Shown: one piece after another, positions 38,669 to 48,594 of the stretch
How positions within the stretch are numbered: position 1 is the first letter of the stretch
Layout of the letters: each line of letters opens with the position of its first letter
NCBI GenBank assembly: GCA_040218735.1
Contig: JAVJQW010000038.1
Location: forward strand, 160,001-224,000
From: Deltaproteobacteria bacterium
GTDB taxonomy: Bacteria > Myxococcota > Kuafuiibacteriia > Kuafuiibacteriales > Kuafuiibacteriaceae
DNA: 64,000 bases
Direction: 5' to 3'
Notes under the pieces: model-generated
What the model saw: only the letters and a program-made list of their open reading frames with translations
Told to the model about the DNA's origin: nothing
Databases searched by the model: none
Made by a program: the position numbers and the translations under genes

Positions 38669-39382
38669 TTGGCGGATAACACGATCGGCAAGGGCCAGCG
38701 GGGTGTGATCCCCGGACTCCCGAACACGAGCGACGTTCGGCCGACGCGGGCCGACGACGCCCAGCAGATCGGGAACGTCGCGCCCCGCGCGATCGACGCG
38801 CAGGAGCTGCCCCGGCACGAAGTGCTCGCGCAGCCGGCCGGTCCGATTCGGAAGCTGGTCGACGAGTCGCTCGCCAAGCTGGGCGACAGCCGCTACGGCG
38901 GCGCCGCCACGAGCACGTTCCAGCTGCTGATCGGGACCCTCGGGGCTTCGGCCGCCCAGGTGAAGTCCTCCGAGATCGCCGATCAGGCCGTCCGTGAGCT
39001 GCGCTCGACGTACGCGAGCATCCTGCGGGGCGCGGCCGACGTCACGCCGGACCGCATCCGGATGATCAAGGACGACGCGCCGGCGCTCATCAAGCTCGCG
39101 GTCCAGGCCATGGACGACGGCAAGAGCTCTGCGCAGGAGATCATCGACGGCGCCCGGAAGATGGGCGAGTCGTTCGCCGAGGTCTTCGCGATGACGCCGC
39201 AGGACCGCAAGGCCTTCATCGCCAAGCGCCGCGAGGACATGGCGACCGAGCGCGCGCAGCTCTCGAAGGGCTCGGTGGCCCTGGAAGCCGCCAAGATCAA
39301 CGCGCTGGACCGCATCGACGCCGTCACGGACATCCTCGCGACCCTCGAAAAGTACGTCGCCTTCCCGCAGATACCCTCGTAA
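38669..39382 (+). CDS. hypothetical helical protein
   Basis: TTG start with AGGAGG upstream; strong codon bias; no signal peptide. Confidence 0.8.
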   Translation: MADNTIGKGQRGVIPGLPNTSDVRPTRADDAQQIGNVAPRAIDAQELPRHEVLAQPAGPIRKLVDESLAKLGDSRYGGAATSTFQLLIGTLGASAAQVKSSEIADQAVRELRSTYASILRGAADVTPDRIRMIKDDAPALIKLAVQAMDDGKSSAQEIIDGARKMGESFAEVFAMTPQDRKAFIAKRREDMATERAQLSKGSVALEAAKINALDRIDAVTDILATLEKYVAFPQIPS

Positions 39383-39442
39383 CGCATTTCTGGACGAATG
39401 CCCCTCGACACAGCCGGCCCGCTCGGGTGACGTTCCGCGCCC

Positions 39443-40279
39443 GTGGGACGAAGCGCCGATGTCGAAGTCCAGGTGGTCGCCGCGCTCAAGGAGCTGGGGC
39501 TGACCGCAACCGAGGGGAAAGCGTACGTCGCGCTCCTCAAGAACCACCCCGCGACCGGCTATGAGCTGGCGGCGCGCTCGCAGGTGCCGCGCTCCGCGAT
39601 CTACGGCGTCCTGAAGAAGCTCGAGGCCGTGGGCCTCATCAACGCGATCCAGCAAAAGCCCGCGAAGTTCGTGCCGTTGCCCCCCAAGCGGCTCTTGGAG
39701 CTGATGGAGTCGCGCTTTCGGCAGAACCTCGACACCCTGGAGGGGGCGCTGTCGCAGTTCTCGGTGGAGGGCCCGGACACCGTCACGTGGACGTTCGTCG
39801 GGTACGGGCCGATGCTGGAGCAGGCGCGCGCGCTCATCGAGCGGACGGACCGGACGTTGTACGTGTCGGCCTGGCGCCGTGAGATCCTCGCGCTGGAGGC
39901 GCCCCTCAAGGCGGCGGTGGCGAACGGCATCGACGTGGTGGTGTTCTCGTTCAACCGCCTCCCGCAGGGCATCGGGCGGACCTTCTGCTACGACATCCCC
40001 GAGGACGAGCTCGAGGCGTACTGGCCGCACCGGATCATCCTGGTCGGGGATCGCCGACACCTGCTGGTCGGCGGCGCCGAGGCGACCGAGGACAACCGGA
40101 GCGTGGTGACCGAGGAGACGCCGCTGATCGAGGTCGCGGTTTCGAACCTGGTCCTCGACCTCACGCTGTACGGGCAGCGCACGGGCACCGACCTCGGGCC
40201 GGTTATCGAGCGCCTGACCCCGCCGCTGCCCCCGGTGGAGGCGCTGATTCCTCGCGCTTCGGGGTTGACCCCGGCGTGA
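39443..40279 (+). CDS. TrmB-family transcriptional regulator
   Basis: LGLT..E.KAY.ALL...ATGYELA..SQVPRS.IY.VL..L winged HTH. Confidence 0.92.
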   Translation: MGRSADVEVQVVAALKELGLTATEGKAYVALLKNHPATGYELAARSQVPRSAIYGVLKKLEAVGLINAIQQKPAKFVPLPPKRLLELMESRFRQNLDTLEGALSQFSVEGPDTVTWTFVGYGPMLEQARALIERTDRTLYVSAWRREILALEAPLKAAVANGIDVVVFSFNRLPQGIGRTFCYDIPEDELEAYWPHRIILVGDRRHLLVGGAEATEDNRSVVTEETPLIEVAVSNLVLDLTLYGQRTGTDLGPVIERLTPPLPPVEALIPRASGLTPA

Positions 40280-40394
40280 TCGCACGCACAAACACCCAGT
40301 GGGCGCCGAGATGCGTCTACAAGGGTGCTAGAGATTGACGCGGCGGCGGCCGGATGATGGTGTGCCCGCCGCCCCAGGGAGGCAGCTAAAACTC

Positions 40395-41711
40395 ATGCAA
40401 CTACGATTCTATGGCCTTCTCCTCACTTCCATGGCTGGTCTGGCCACAGCCTGCGGTAACCCCGCGATCGACCCCAACGCAACGTATGCGGCGGTGGGCA
40501 CGGCGCTGAGCGCGGACGGGACGCCCATGGCGGACGTCGAGGTCCGGATGCTCAAGTACTGGAGCGACAGCCGCCTCCTCGAGCCGACGACCGAGCAGAT
40601 CTTCGCCGACGCACCGCGCGGCGACGACGCGGTGGGTTTCAACATCGAGCTGGTCACCACGACCCGCACGGGCATGGATGGCGCGTTCCGGTTCGAGGTC
40701 CTCGGCGAGGACATCTCGCTGCCGGGCGGGTACTCGACCGCGGACGGTCTGGTGGAGGGCGCCAAGGTCGTCCTCGTGATCCGCGACCCGAACGACACCC
40801 TGAAGCGCTCCGGTATCTACACGTACCAGAAGACCTTCATGCGCGCGGACGCCGAGTGGGGCGCTGGCCAACTGCAGATGTGGGACTCGGCCGCGAGCGC
40901 CGACTTCTCGGACGCGCTGACGACGGGTCTGCTGCGCCTCTCCTGGAACGCGATCGAGCGCGGCTCCTCGCAGGTGAAGAACAAGTACCGCATCTCGGTC
41001 GAGGGGCCGTCCGGCAACACGCCGCGCCTGATCATCCGCTGTAACGAGGGTGACGTGGTCGAGGGGGGCTGCTCCCCCGCGGGCACCGGTCAGCTGGAGC
41101 GCTACCTGTCTGCGTTCTCGGTGTACTCGTTCTATTCGGACGCCAACGGCGACGTCGCCGCGTACATCCAGGCGAACAGCCCGAACTACCGCTTCGTCTC
41201 GCGCTTCACGGTGACCGAGCCGGTGCCGGACATCACCGCCATGCGTGATCCGGTCGGCCTCGAGGGCCTGTGGGCGGTCGGCACGGGCGCGGACCAGGAC
41301 CTCCTCGGGACGCGCGCCGACGACGGCGACCCGAAGACCCGCGAGACGATCAACAACATGGCCACGGCCATCTACGCGGACCTCGAGCTCGCCGAGATCA
41401 CCGACTCGGGCCTCTTGAACTCGCTCGTGAAGAACGCGGAGAACGCGTGCCTCGTCCTGGAGTTCTCGGTCACCAACTTCGCGGACCTGACGGCGGCCAA
41501 GGCGGCCGGCGACGCGATGTGGACCCAGAAGGGCAAGGCCTGCGGCGAGAACGGCGCGCGCAACGAGATGAGCACGCTGGTCAGCTTCGACACCACGGCG
41601 TCGGAGTCGGTCGTGGCGGGCTGGATGCGGATCCGCGCGGTGAACGACGGCGGCGTCGGCACCCCGACCATCGACGAGGTCGGCGAGGTCGCGGTCTACA
41701 CCCTCCCGTAG
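40395..41711 (+). CDS. hypothetical lipoprotein
   Basis: ATG at 40395; lipobox ATAC; GT...DGTP...V.V and T..DG.F beta-sandwich-like start. Confidence 0.8.
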   Translation: MQLRFYGLLLTSMAGLATACGNPAIDPNATYAAVGTALSADGTPMADVEVRMLKYWSDSRLLEPTTEQIFADAPRGDDAVGFNIELVTTTRTGMDGAFRFEVLGEDISLPGGYSTADGLVEGAKVVLVIRDPNDTLKRSGIYTYQKTFMRADAEWGAGQLQMWDSAASADFSDALTTGLLRLSWNAIERGSSQVKNKYRISVEGPSGNTPRLIIRCNEGDVVEGGCSPAGTGQLERYLSAFSVYSFYSDANGDVAAYIQANSPNYRFVSRFTVTEPVPDITAMRDPVGLEGLWAVGTGADQDLLGTRADDGDPKTRETINNMATAIYADLELAEITDSGLLNSLVKNAENACLVLEFSVTNFADLTAAKAAGDAMWTQKGKACGENGARNEMSTLVSFDTTASESVVAGWMRIRAVNDGGVGTPTIDEVGEVAVYTLP

Positions 41712-41799
41712 AACGCTTGCCTTGTTGATCGACCATCACATTGTCGAGTAGACGGCCGGGGTGGTTGGCCCATCCCGGCCGTCGTCGTCTCTAGGCGGC

Positions 41800-43155
41800 G
41801 TGATCGGTGGCGCTCTTGCGCGTTTCTTCCGCGCGGTGACGCCTGACCCCTTCGTCCTCGCCATCCTCCTCACGCTCCTGACCGGGCTGCTCGCGCTGGC
41901 GCTCACGGACACGACCGTCGACGGCGTGATCACCGGGTGGCAGGGGCCCTCCGGCTTCTGGAAGCTCCTCGCGTTCTCCATGCAGATGTGCCTGATCCTC
42001 GTGACCGGGCACGCGCTCGCGAGCACGCCGCTCGTGCGGCGTCAGATCGCGGCGGTGGTTGCGCTCCCCAAGAGCGCGGGGGCGGCCGGCGCGTTGGTTG
42101 CGTTCGTCGCGATCGCGACATCGCTGTTGAACTGGGGCCTCGCGCTGATCGTGGGCGCGCTCGTCGCGCGTGAGATGGGGCGCTCCTGTCAGCGCCGCGG
42201 CGTGCGGGTGCACTACCCGCTGCTCGTCGCGGCCGGGTACACCGGCCTCATGTGCTGGCACGGGGGCTTTTCGGGGTCGGCGCCGCTGAAGGTCACCACA
42301 CAGAAGGACCTCGTGGAGCTGCTCGGCGCCGAGCTCGGCGCGCGCACCGCGCCGCTGTCGACGTTCGAGACGATCCTGAGCCCGATGAACCTCGTCATCT
42401 CGGGCGGCCTGCTCGTGCTCGTGCCCGTGGTGATCTGGTTCCTGTCGCCGCGCGGCGACGACGAAGCGGTCGGCATCGAGGTCTTCGACGTCGCGGAGGA
42501 CACCCCGCCGGCGCCGGTGACGCCCGAGACCGTGCCGGAGCGGCTGGAGCAGAGCTTCTTCGTCACGCTGCTCTTGGTCGCGCCGCTCGCGTACGGCCTC
42601 GCGCTGTACTTCGTAAAGAACGGTCTGTCGAAGCTCGACCCGAATGCGGTGAACCTCGTGCTCCTCACCGCGGGGTTGCTCTTGCACAAGACCCCGCGCG
42701 CGTACCTGAAGGCGGTGCAGGACGCGGTGGCGGGGTGCTCGGGAATCATCCTGCAGTTTCCGCTGTACGCGGGGATCATGGGGATCATGGCGACGTCCGG
42801 GCTCGCGAAGCTCTTTGCGGGGTGGGCCGCGTCGACGGCGTCGGCGAGCAGCTATCTGGTGCTGACCTTCCTGTCGGCGGGGTTCATCAACTTCTTCGTG
42901 CCGAGCGGCGGCGGGCAGTGGGCGGTGCAGGGGCCGATCGCGGTGCAGGCCGCGGAGATGGTCGGCGTGCCGTTTTCGTCGGCGGTCATGGCGGTCGCGT
43001 ACGGCGACCAGTGGACGAACATGCTGCAGCCGTTCTGGGCGTTGCCGTTGTTGGGCATCACCGGCGTCACGGCCAAGGACATCATCGGTTACACGGCGTT
43101 CATCATGTTCGTGGCCGGACTGTGGTTGATGGGGGGGCTCGTGCTCCTCGGTTGA
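41800..43155 (+). CDS. atoE: short-chain fatty acid transporter (AtoE family)
   Basis: PDPFV.AILLT, FSMQM.LILVTG.ALA, WHGG.SGSAPL, FVPSGGGQW.VQGP, GDQWTNMLQPFWALP. Confidence 0.92.
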   Translation: MIGGALARFFRAVTPDPFVLAILLTLLTGLLALALTDTTVDGVITGWQGPSGFWKLLAFSMQMCLILVTGHALASTPLVRRQIAAVVALPKSAGAAGALVAFVAIATSLLNWGLALIVGALVAREMGRSCQRRGVRVHYPLLVAAGYTGLMCWHGGFSGSAPLKVTTQKDLVELLGAELGARTAPLSTFETILSPMNLVISGGLLVLVPVVIWFLSPRGDDEAVGIEVFDVAEDTPPAPVTPETVPERLEQSFFVTLLLVAPLAYGLALYFVKNGLSKLDPNAVNLVLLTAGLLLHKTPRAYLKAVQDAVAGCSGIILQFPLYAGIMGIMATSGLAKLFAGWAASTASASSYLVLTFLSAGFINFFVPSGGGQWAVQGPIAVQAAEMVGVPFSSAVMAVAYGDQWTNMLQPFWALPLLGITGVTAKDIIGYTAFIMFVAGLWLMGGLVLLG

Positions 43156-43166
43156 GGGGCGACGTC

Positions 43167-43913
43167 ATGTCGAAGTCGAAGGTCGTCGCCGCTTTCCGTC
43201 GTCACGCGGGCGCGGCGCTCAAGGCGCAAGGCTTCGCGGGCGGGCGTGGGCACTACGTGCGCCGCGAGGGCGCGGTCACGCAGGTCATCGAGCTGCAGCA
43301 CTCGATCTACGGCGGTCGGGTGACGGCGAACCTCGGGCTCGACCTCGAGTGGCTCAAGCCGTACGTCCGCTGGATCCCGACGCCGCAGGTCGGCCCGCAC
43401 GCGCACGACGCGACGCGCTGGGTGCGCGTGGGCATCGTCAGCCCGGCGAAGGCCGACGTGTGGTGGTCCTTCGGTAGCGAGGACGAGATCGACGGCTGCG
43501 CCAAGAACCTCGCGCGCGCGGTGCTCGAGTACGGGGTGCCGTGGCTGGACGACAAGAGCGGCCGCGACGCGTTCCGCAAGTACGCGGAGGAGAAGCTCGC
43601 GCGCTCGCAGTCGTCGATGCGCCCGCACGGTAGCTTCCTCGAGCTGCGCCTGATGGCCGCGGTCTGCGCGTGGCGCGGCGAGCTCACGCTCGCGACCGAG
43701 CACGCGGGTCACGCGGCGGCGCTGTGGAACGAGGAGCGCGCGCGCCTCGTGAACGCGCGGACGATGTACAAGAAGCGCCACCCCGAGCAGCCGCGCCTCG
43801 CCGGCGTCCCGAACCTCGTGCGGGAGCTCGAGCGGCTGATCACGCCGGGGAGCGCGCGGCAGTTCGTGCCGCCGAAGAAGAAGAAGGCGACGGCGAAGAA
43901 GAAGCCCGGCTGA
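43167..43913 (+). CDS. hypothetical protein (DUF4304-like)
   Basis: ATG at 43167; LK..GF...Y.R...QVI.LQ.S...T.NLG...PW pattern. Confidence 0.7.
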   Translation: MSKSKVVAAFRRHAGAALKAQGFAGGRGHYVRREGAVTQVIELQHSIYGGRVTANLGLDLEWLKPYVRWIPTPQVGPHAHDATRWVRVGIVSPAKADVWWSFGSEDEIDGCAKNLARAVLEYGVPWLDDKSGRDAFRKYAEEKLARSQSSMRPHGSFLELRLMAAVCAWRGELTLATEHAGHAAALWNEERARLVNARTMYKKRHPEQPRLAGVPNLVRELERLITPGSARQFVPPKKKKATAKKKPG

Positions 43914-43935
43914 TCACCGTCGTCACCGGCGCGTC

Positions 43936-44577
43936 TCAGAAGACAAACGTGGCTTCGCGTTCGTACGCGGTGTCCGAGTCCGTGCGCGGGAACGACAGCG
44001 TCGGGACGCGCCTGACGAGGCACCGCGCGATGCGGCGCTCCGCGAGGTTGTCGACGTCGCGGGGGCGCGCGTCGACCACCTCGCCGGTGGGGGCGATGGT
44101 CAGCGCGAGGGCGAGCGCAGACGCGTCGTCGCCGCGGCGCGCGCAGCGGTGCGGGGCGGTCCAGTCCGCGATGGCGGCGCGGAAGTCTTCGTCGGAGAGG
44201 ATGGTGGTCTGGCTTCGTTCGACGCCGACCCAGTCGCCATGCGTTCGTTCCAGGTCGACCGACGGGAGCGCGTCGTCCTTCAGCGCGACCCCGATGTCCT
44301 CGGACGCCGCATCGGTCGCGCGGGTCTTTCCGACGTCGCGTGCGTCCGGCGGCGGGAGCGTGTCGGGCGTATCCGCCGAGCTGCGCGCCGCGACACCGTC
44401 GCTCGCGGTGCGGAGGCGAGTCTGGTCGAAGTCCGCGTTGTGGATCTGCGGTGCGACGACGAGCGCGGGGCGTCGTTCACCCCAGAGGTTCCAGCTCACG
44501 AGCGCGGCGCCGAAGAACACCAGCAACCAGGTCAGGCCGGCGACGGCGTACTTCAGCGGGTGATGCGGTGTCTTCAT
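43936..44577 (-). CDS. membrane-anchored protein with AgmX/PglI (TonB-C-like) C-terminal domain
   Basis: One TM segment; C..R...LTIAPTGEV...CL......FP...FVF ending. Confidence 0.7.
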   Translation of the reverse strand: MKTPHHPLKYAVAGLTWLLVFFGAALVSWNLWGERRPALVVAPQIHNADFDQTRLRTASDGVAARSSADTPDTLPPPDARDVGKTRATDAASEDIGVALKDDALPSVDLERTHGDWVGVERSQTTILSDEDFRAAIADWTAPHRCARRGDDASALALALTIAPTGEVVDARPRDVDNLAERRIARCLVRRVPTLSFPRTDSDTAYEREATFVF

Positions 44578-44676
44578 GCCCCTTCGGAGGAGCAAGGCAC
44601 GATCCAGGCGGAGCGCGCCGCGCAAGCGCGGGCGAGTGAGGCACGATGTCACGCGCCGTCGGTCTGCTGTGACGCG

Positions 44677-45372
44677 CTAACGCGCCCACCAGGGTTTCTT
44701 GTCGCGCTGCGGTGGTGGCGCGCGCGTCGTCGTCGACGTCTGCGCCGCGCGGACCTTCGCGAAGGGGACGATCATGTGGCGGTCGTGATCCCAAGCGAGC
44801 ACGCGCGAGTAGCCGGCGAGGTGCGCGCGGTCGTCGAAGACCGGCATCCCCGCGTTCAACACCACGTCGACGCGCGGGTGCCCTTCGTACTCCGCGAGCT
44901 CGCCCGTCTGGGTGACGACGGTGTGCAGCACGCCGGCTTCACCTTCCGTCGAGATGAGCGCGAACAGCTCCATGTCGACCTTCCACGCCGCGGTCGAAGG
45001 TTTCGCAGGGACGAGGCCGATCTTCGCGAGGGGGGCGTCGGTGTCGAGCAGCGCGACGCGACGCTCGAGATCGAGCAGCGCGAGCTTCGCGGTCAGCTTC
45101 CCCTGGGGCCCCTGCACGGTGACGCGGTCCGCGCCCTTCACGAGGTGTGCGAGCGCGACGAGGCGACGCGGACCGATCACCGCGCCGTAGGCCGAGCGAG
45201 GCTCGGGCGACAATGGGCCCTCGCGCTTCGGGGTGACGCTGAGGAAGGCGACGTGTTTCCGAAGGACGCGGGACAGCGCGTCCATGTCGGACGCGTCGAG
45301 CGCGCGGTAGCGGCGATCGTCGGCGTGGGCGGCGCTCGCCACGAAGACGAGGAGCAGCGCCAGTCGCTTCAC
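44677..45372 (-). CDS. secreted trypsin-like (HtrA-type) domain protein, probably inactive
   Basis: Signal peptide; VALAHLV.GADRVTV; RRVALL in place of D.ALL; NAGMPVFD in place of NSGGP. Confidence 0.65.
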   Translation of the reverse strand: MKRLALLLVFVASAAHADDRRYRALDASDMDALSRVLRKHVAFLSVTPKREGPLSPEPRSAYGAVIGPRRLVALAHLVKGADRVTVQGPQGKLTAKLALLDLERRVALLDTDAPLAKIGLVPAKPSTAAWKVDMELFALISTEGEAGVLHTVVTQTGELAEYEGHPRVDVVLNAGMPVFDDRAHLAGYSRVLAWDHDRHMIVPFAKVRAAQTSTTTRAPPPQRDKKPWWAR

Positions 45373-46649
45373 GACTCCTCCCCGAGCGGGACGAGGGTCC
45401 CTCGGTCACGCACGTGGGGGCGCCCCGGCTCGATGTGCTCCGGGACGGTGTGGATGATCTCGTCGGGGCGCATCACGATCACCGTGTCGTTCGGGATCTC
45501 TCGCCCGCACTGCACGATCATCTTCGCCGCCATCTTCGCGCGGTGCCCGATCACGGAACCCAGGAACGCGCGCTCGGAGCTGACCAGCGCGCCGTCCTTG
45601 TTCACCTTCACGTGGCCGATGAACTTCGCGTCGACGAAGGACGCCCAGTTGTTGATGTACGCGCCGCGACCGATCAGACAGACCTGCAGCTTGTAGTTGC
45701 CGACCGTCGCGTCCGGGTAGATCACGTTGCTGACCAGGAACGCGTTCTCGCGGATCAGCGCGCCTTCGCCCACGACGCAGTTGAGCAGCACCGCGTGGTC
45801 CTGCACGACGGCTCCCGCACCCACGATCGAGTTTCGGACGCTGGCGTTGGCGCCGATCTTCACGCCCTCGCCGAGGATCGACGCGGAGACGTACGCGCTG
45901 GGGTGCACCGACGCGCCCTTGTGCTTGTAGACGAGCCGGTCGAGGAGCTTGAACTTGTTCAGCGAGAACGTCGTGAGCGCGCGCCACAGGCCCCACAGCG
46001 GTTTGCGGCGGAGCAGCTCGACCCACCGAACACCGAACGCGATCTGGTTGAGCCACAACACGTGGACCCAGTGCTCGATCGACACCACCAAGGTGGAGGT
46101 GATCGGGTAGAGCAGGGTGGCCTTTTCGCGTTCGCCGATCGTCGGCAATGGGATCGGCGCGACGATCTCGCGCTTCGGGACGTCGACCGGGGTGGCTTCG
46201 ATCCGGCGCAGCCAGGTCACGCCGTCCTCGCCGTCCGCCGGCTCGGGGAGCGTCGCGCCCTCGACGAGGAGGACGTCGTGCACCACGGCGTCGCCGTTCT
46301 TGCGCACCGACTGGAGCGGGAGGGTGTAGTCCACCGAAGCGTTGAGCGTCAGGCTGAGCGCGGCGGGCCGCGATGTCTGCCGCGCCGCCTTCAGGAAGTC
46401 CTTCGCGGCCTTCTCGCTGAGGTAGATTCGATCGAGGAGCAGCAGCACCGGGCGGCCCGCGGGGGCCTCCTTCACGAGGCGCATCGCCTCCGAGGGGTCG
46501 GCGGCGACGACGCGTTCGAACTTCATCCGCGCGAACGTCGAGCGCTGCGTCTCTTCGATCGTCTCGCCCGAGAAGTACGCTTCGCGCGCGGGGTCGCCGA
46601 ACGGTGAGATCACCGTGTCGGTGGTGAGGACGACGGCACGGCCCTTCAC
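45369..46649 (-). CDS. left-handed beta-helix (hexapeptide repeat) protein A
   Basis: VHPSAYV..SILGEGVKIGANASVRNSIVG; GTG at 46649 overlaps the upstream stop. Confidence 0.82.
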   Translation of the reverse strand: MKGRAVVLTTDTVISPFGDPAREAYFSGETIEETQRSTFARMKFERVVAADPSEAMRLVKEAPAGRPVLLLLDRIYLSEKAAKDFLKAARQTSRPAALSLTLNASVDYTLPLQSVRKNGDAVVHDVLLVEGATLPEPADGEDGVTWLRRIEATPVDVPKREIVAPIPLPTIGEREKATLLYPITSTLVVSIEHWVHVLWLNQIAFGVRWVELLRRKPLWGLWRALTTFSLNKFKLLDRLVYKHKGASVHPSAYVSASILGEGVKIGANASVRNSIVGAGAVVQDHAVLLNCVVGEGALIRENAFLVSNVIYPDATVGNYKLQVCLIGRGAYINNWASFVDAKFIGHVKVNKDGALVSSERAFLGSVIGHRAKMAAKMIVQCGREIPNDTVIVMRPDEIIHTVPEHIEPGRPHVRDRGTLVPLGEES

Positions 46650-47773
46650 GCGAGCTCCTCCGCGATCTCTTCGGGGACATAGTCCGGCGCCACGTCCGCG
46701 ACGGGGACCATCGCGCCCTCGTGCCAGATCATCGGCGTGCCGGGCGGGGCGTCGTGGATCGCAAAGACACTCTCCTCCTTGCGCATCACCACGGTCGTGC
46801 GGTTCGGGAGCCCGCGGCCCGGAGCCAAGATCGTGCGCGCGCCGAGCACCGAGCCGTGGCCCGCGCAGCCGCCCAGCTCCTTGCGGCCGGTGTCGACCGA
46901 CGCGCCGCCGTGGTCGACGAACACCGTGCCGTCGAGCTGCTCGTTCCAGAAGATCACGCCGGTGGTGAGGAACACGTCGTGGCCGAGCACGGAGTCCGCG
47001 AAGCCGAGGTTGGTGAGGGTGCCCCCGCCGAGCGCGACCATCTCGGAGAAGCTCGCGTCGGCGAGGGTGTGGGTGTCGCGGCCGAGCACGGCGTAGCGGC
47101 ACTTCGTGAAATCCGAGAGCTGGCAGCCCGCGCCGATGAAGCTGCCTTCGATCGAACACGACGCGCCGATCTGGACGTCGTCGCCGATGACCGAGCCCTC
47201 GACCCGCGCGCTGGGGTGGATCTGGACGTTGTCGCCGATGACGTTCTTGGTCGGTCGCTTCTGCAGGCGGCGCACGAGCGCGGGCCACAGCCACAGCACG
47301 TGCACCCAGTGTTCGACGTGCATCGCGAGGACGCCGTCGTCGACGAGGTCGATGTGGTGGGGCGGGGGACCGACGCGGATCAACTCGCGGCGGCGGAGCG
47401 TGACGTCGACGTCGACCTCGACGGGGACACACGCTGATCGCACCGTGTCGAGGTCGCCGTCAGGGGCGTCGAGGAAGAGGTCGAGCACGAACCGATCACC
47501 GTCGCGGCGTGCGCCGGACACCGCGAGGTACTTCGCGAGGGGAGAGCCGACCGGCACGGCGAGCGCGCTCGGTCCGCGCGCCTTCGCGGCGAAGGCCGAC
47601 CAGATCGGCGCGCTCGCGAACGCGTAGTCCGCGCGCGTCGCGCGCGCCGGGGCCACGCCGCTGTTGTCGAGCTGTTGGGCTGCGAAGGTTTCGAAGGTTC
47701 GATCCAGACAGAGCAGATCGCCGACGCGGTCGCCGAAGGGAAGGATGCGAGTGTCGAGATCGATCACGCGCAC
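46646..47773 (-). CDS. left-handed beta-helix (hexapeptide repeat) protein B, paralogue of A
   Basis: VIGDNVQIHPSARVEGSVIGDDVQIG; shares PFGD and EHWVHVLWL with protein A. Confidence 0.82.
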   Translation of the reverse strand: MRVIDLDTRILPFGDRVGDLLCLDRTFETFAAQQLDNSGVAPARATRADYAFASAPIWSAFAAKARGPSALAVPVGSPLAKYLAVSGARRDGDRFVLDLFLDAPDGDLDTVRSACVPVEVDVDVTLRRRELIRVGPPPHHIDLVDDGVLAMHVEHWVHVLWLWPALVRRLQKRPTKNVIGDNVQIHPSARVEGSVIGDDVQIGASCSIEGSFIGAGCQLSDFTKCRYAVLGRDTHTLADASFSEMVALGGGTLTNLGFADSVLGHDVFLTTGVIFWNEQLDGTVFVDHGGASVDTGRKELGGCAGHGSVLGARTILAPGRGLPNRTTVVMRKEESVFAIHDAPPGTPMIWHEGAMVPVADVAPDYVPEEIAEELA

Positions 47774-47811
47774 GGCGCCCCAGCCGACCACGGGGCGCCG
47801 TTTTCGTCGAG

Positions 47812-48594
47812 TTACTTGACCAGCGCGAGGCGGTTGCGGGTCGCGATGCGCTCGCGCTCCGCGAGCTCCTTCTCGATGTACATCGTCCCGTTCTCGATGC
47901 AGTTCGCCATCATGTCGATGAGGAGCTGCTCCATGTGCTTCTTCGAGAGGCGCAGGGTGTCGTAGTAGCGCTGGCGCTCGGTCGCGTGGAAGACGACCGG
48001 CATGTACCCGTGCCGGATGAGCACGTAGTTCACGAGCAGGCGGCCGGTCTTCCCCGTGTGGTGGCTGAAGGGGAAGATGCTCATGTACTCGTGGTGGAGG
48101 TGCGCGGCGAAGCGCACGGCGTCGTCGTCCTCCGGATCGTTCTCGATCGCCCAGTCGAACAGCTTCTGGACGCGGCTCGGTATGACCTGGGGCTGCGCGA
48201 TGTCGTGGAAGTACGCCCGGTGCAACGGGATGTCCTTCCGGTAGCGCGCCGGCTGGAAGTCCGGGTCGTGCGAGCCGAGCGTCGCGTGGATGCGGCGGAC
48301 GAGGGCCATGTCCACCTTCCCGCCCTCGGCGGCCTCACGCCGGACGAGGCTCACCGCCAGGCGCTGGTTGCGAATGTCGTGGTAGGTCTCCGGGGCGATC
48401 GGGCGGCCCTTGAGCGCGCTCGTCAGCTCCGCGTGTGTGAGAACGATCCCTTCCAGGGCGTTCTCATGGTAAATCCAGGAAAGCTCGAGCTCCCGTAGAA
48501 ACCCTTGCCAGATGTCCGGGTGCGACGCCGCCAGCTCCAGTAGATCCTCCGTACGGTCGTCGATGTCCCGAAACGCTTCCCGCTTGATCGTCAT
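47812..48594 (-). CDS. Fic-domain protein with non-canonical active site
   Basis: YHENALEG (class II inhibitory-helix position); H...MSIFPFSHHTGKTGRLL in place of HPFxDGNGRxxR. Confidence 0.85.
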   Translation of the reverse strand: MTIKREAFRDIDDRTEDLLELAASHPDIWQGFLRELELSWIYHENALEGIVLTHAELTSALKGRPIAPETYHDIRNQRLAVSLVRREAAEGGKVDMALVRRIHATLGSHDPDFQPARYRKDIPLHRAYFHDIAQPQVIPSRVQKLFDWAIENDPEDDDAVRFAAHLHHEYMSIFPFSHHTGKTGRLLVNYVLIRHGYMPVVFHATERQRYYDTLRLSKKHMEQLLIDMMANCIENGTMYIEKELAERERIATRNRLALVK

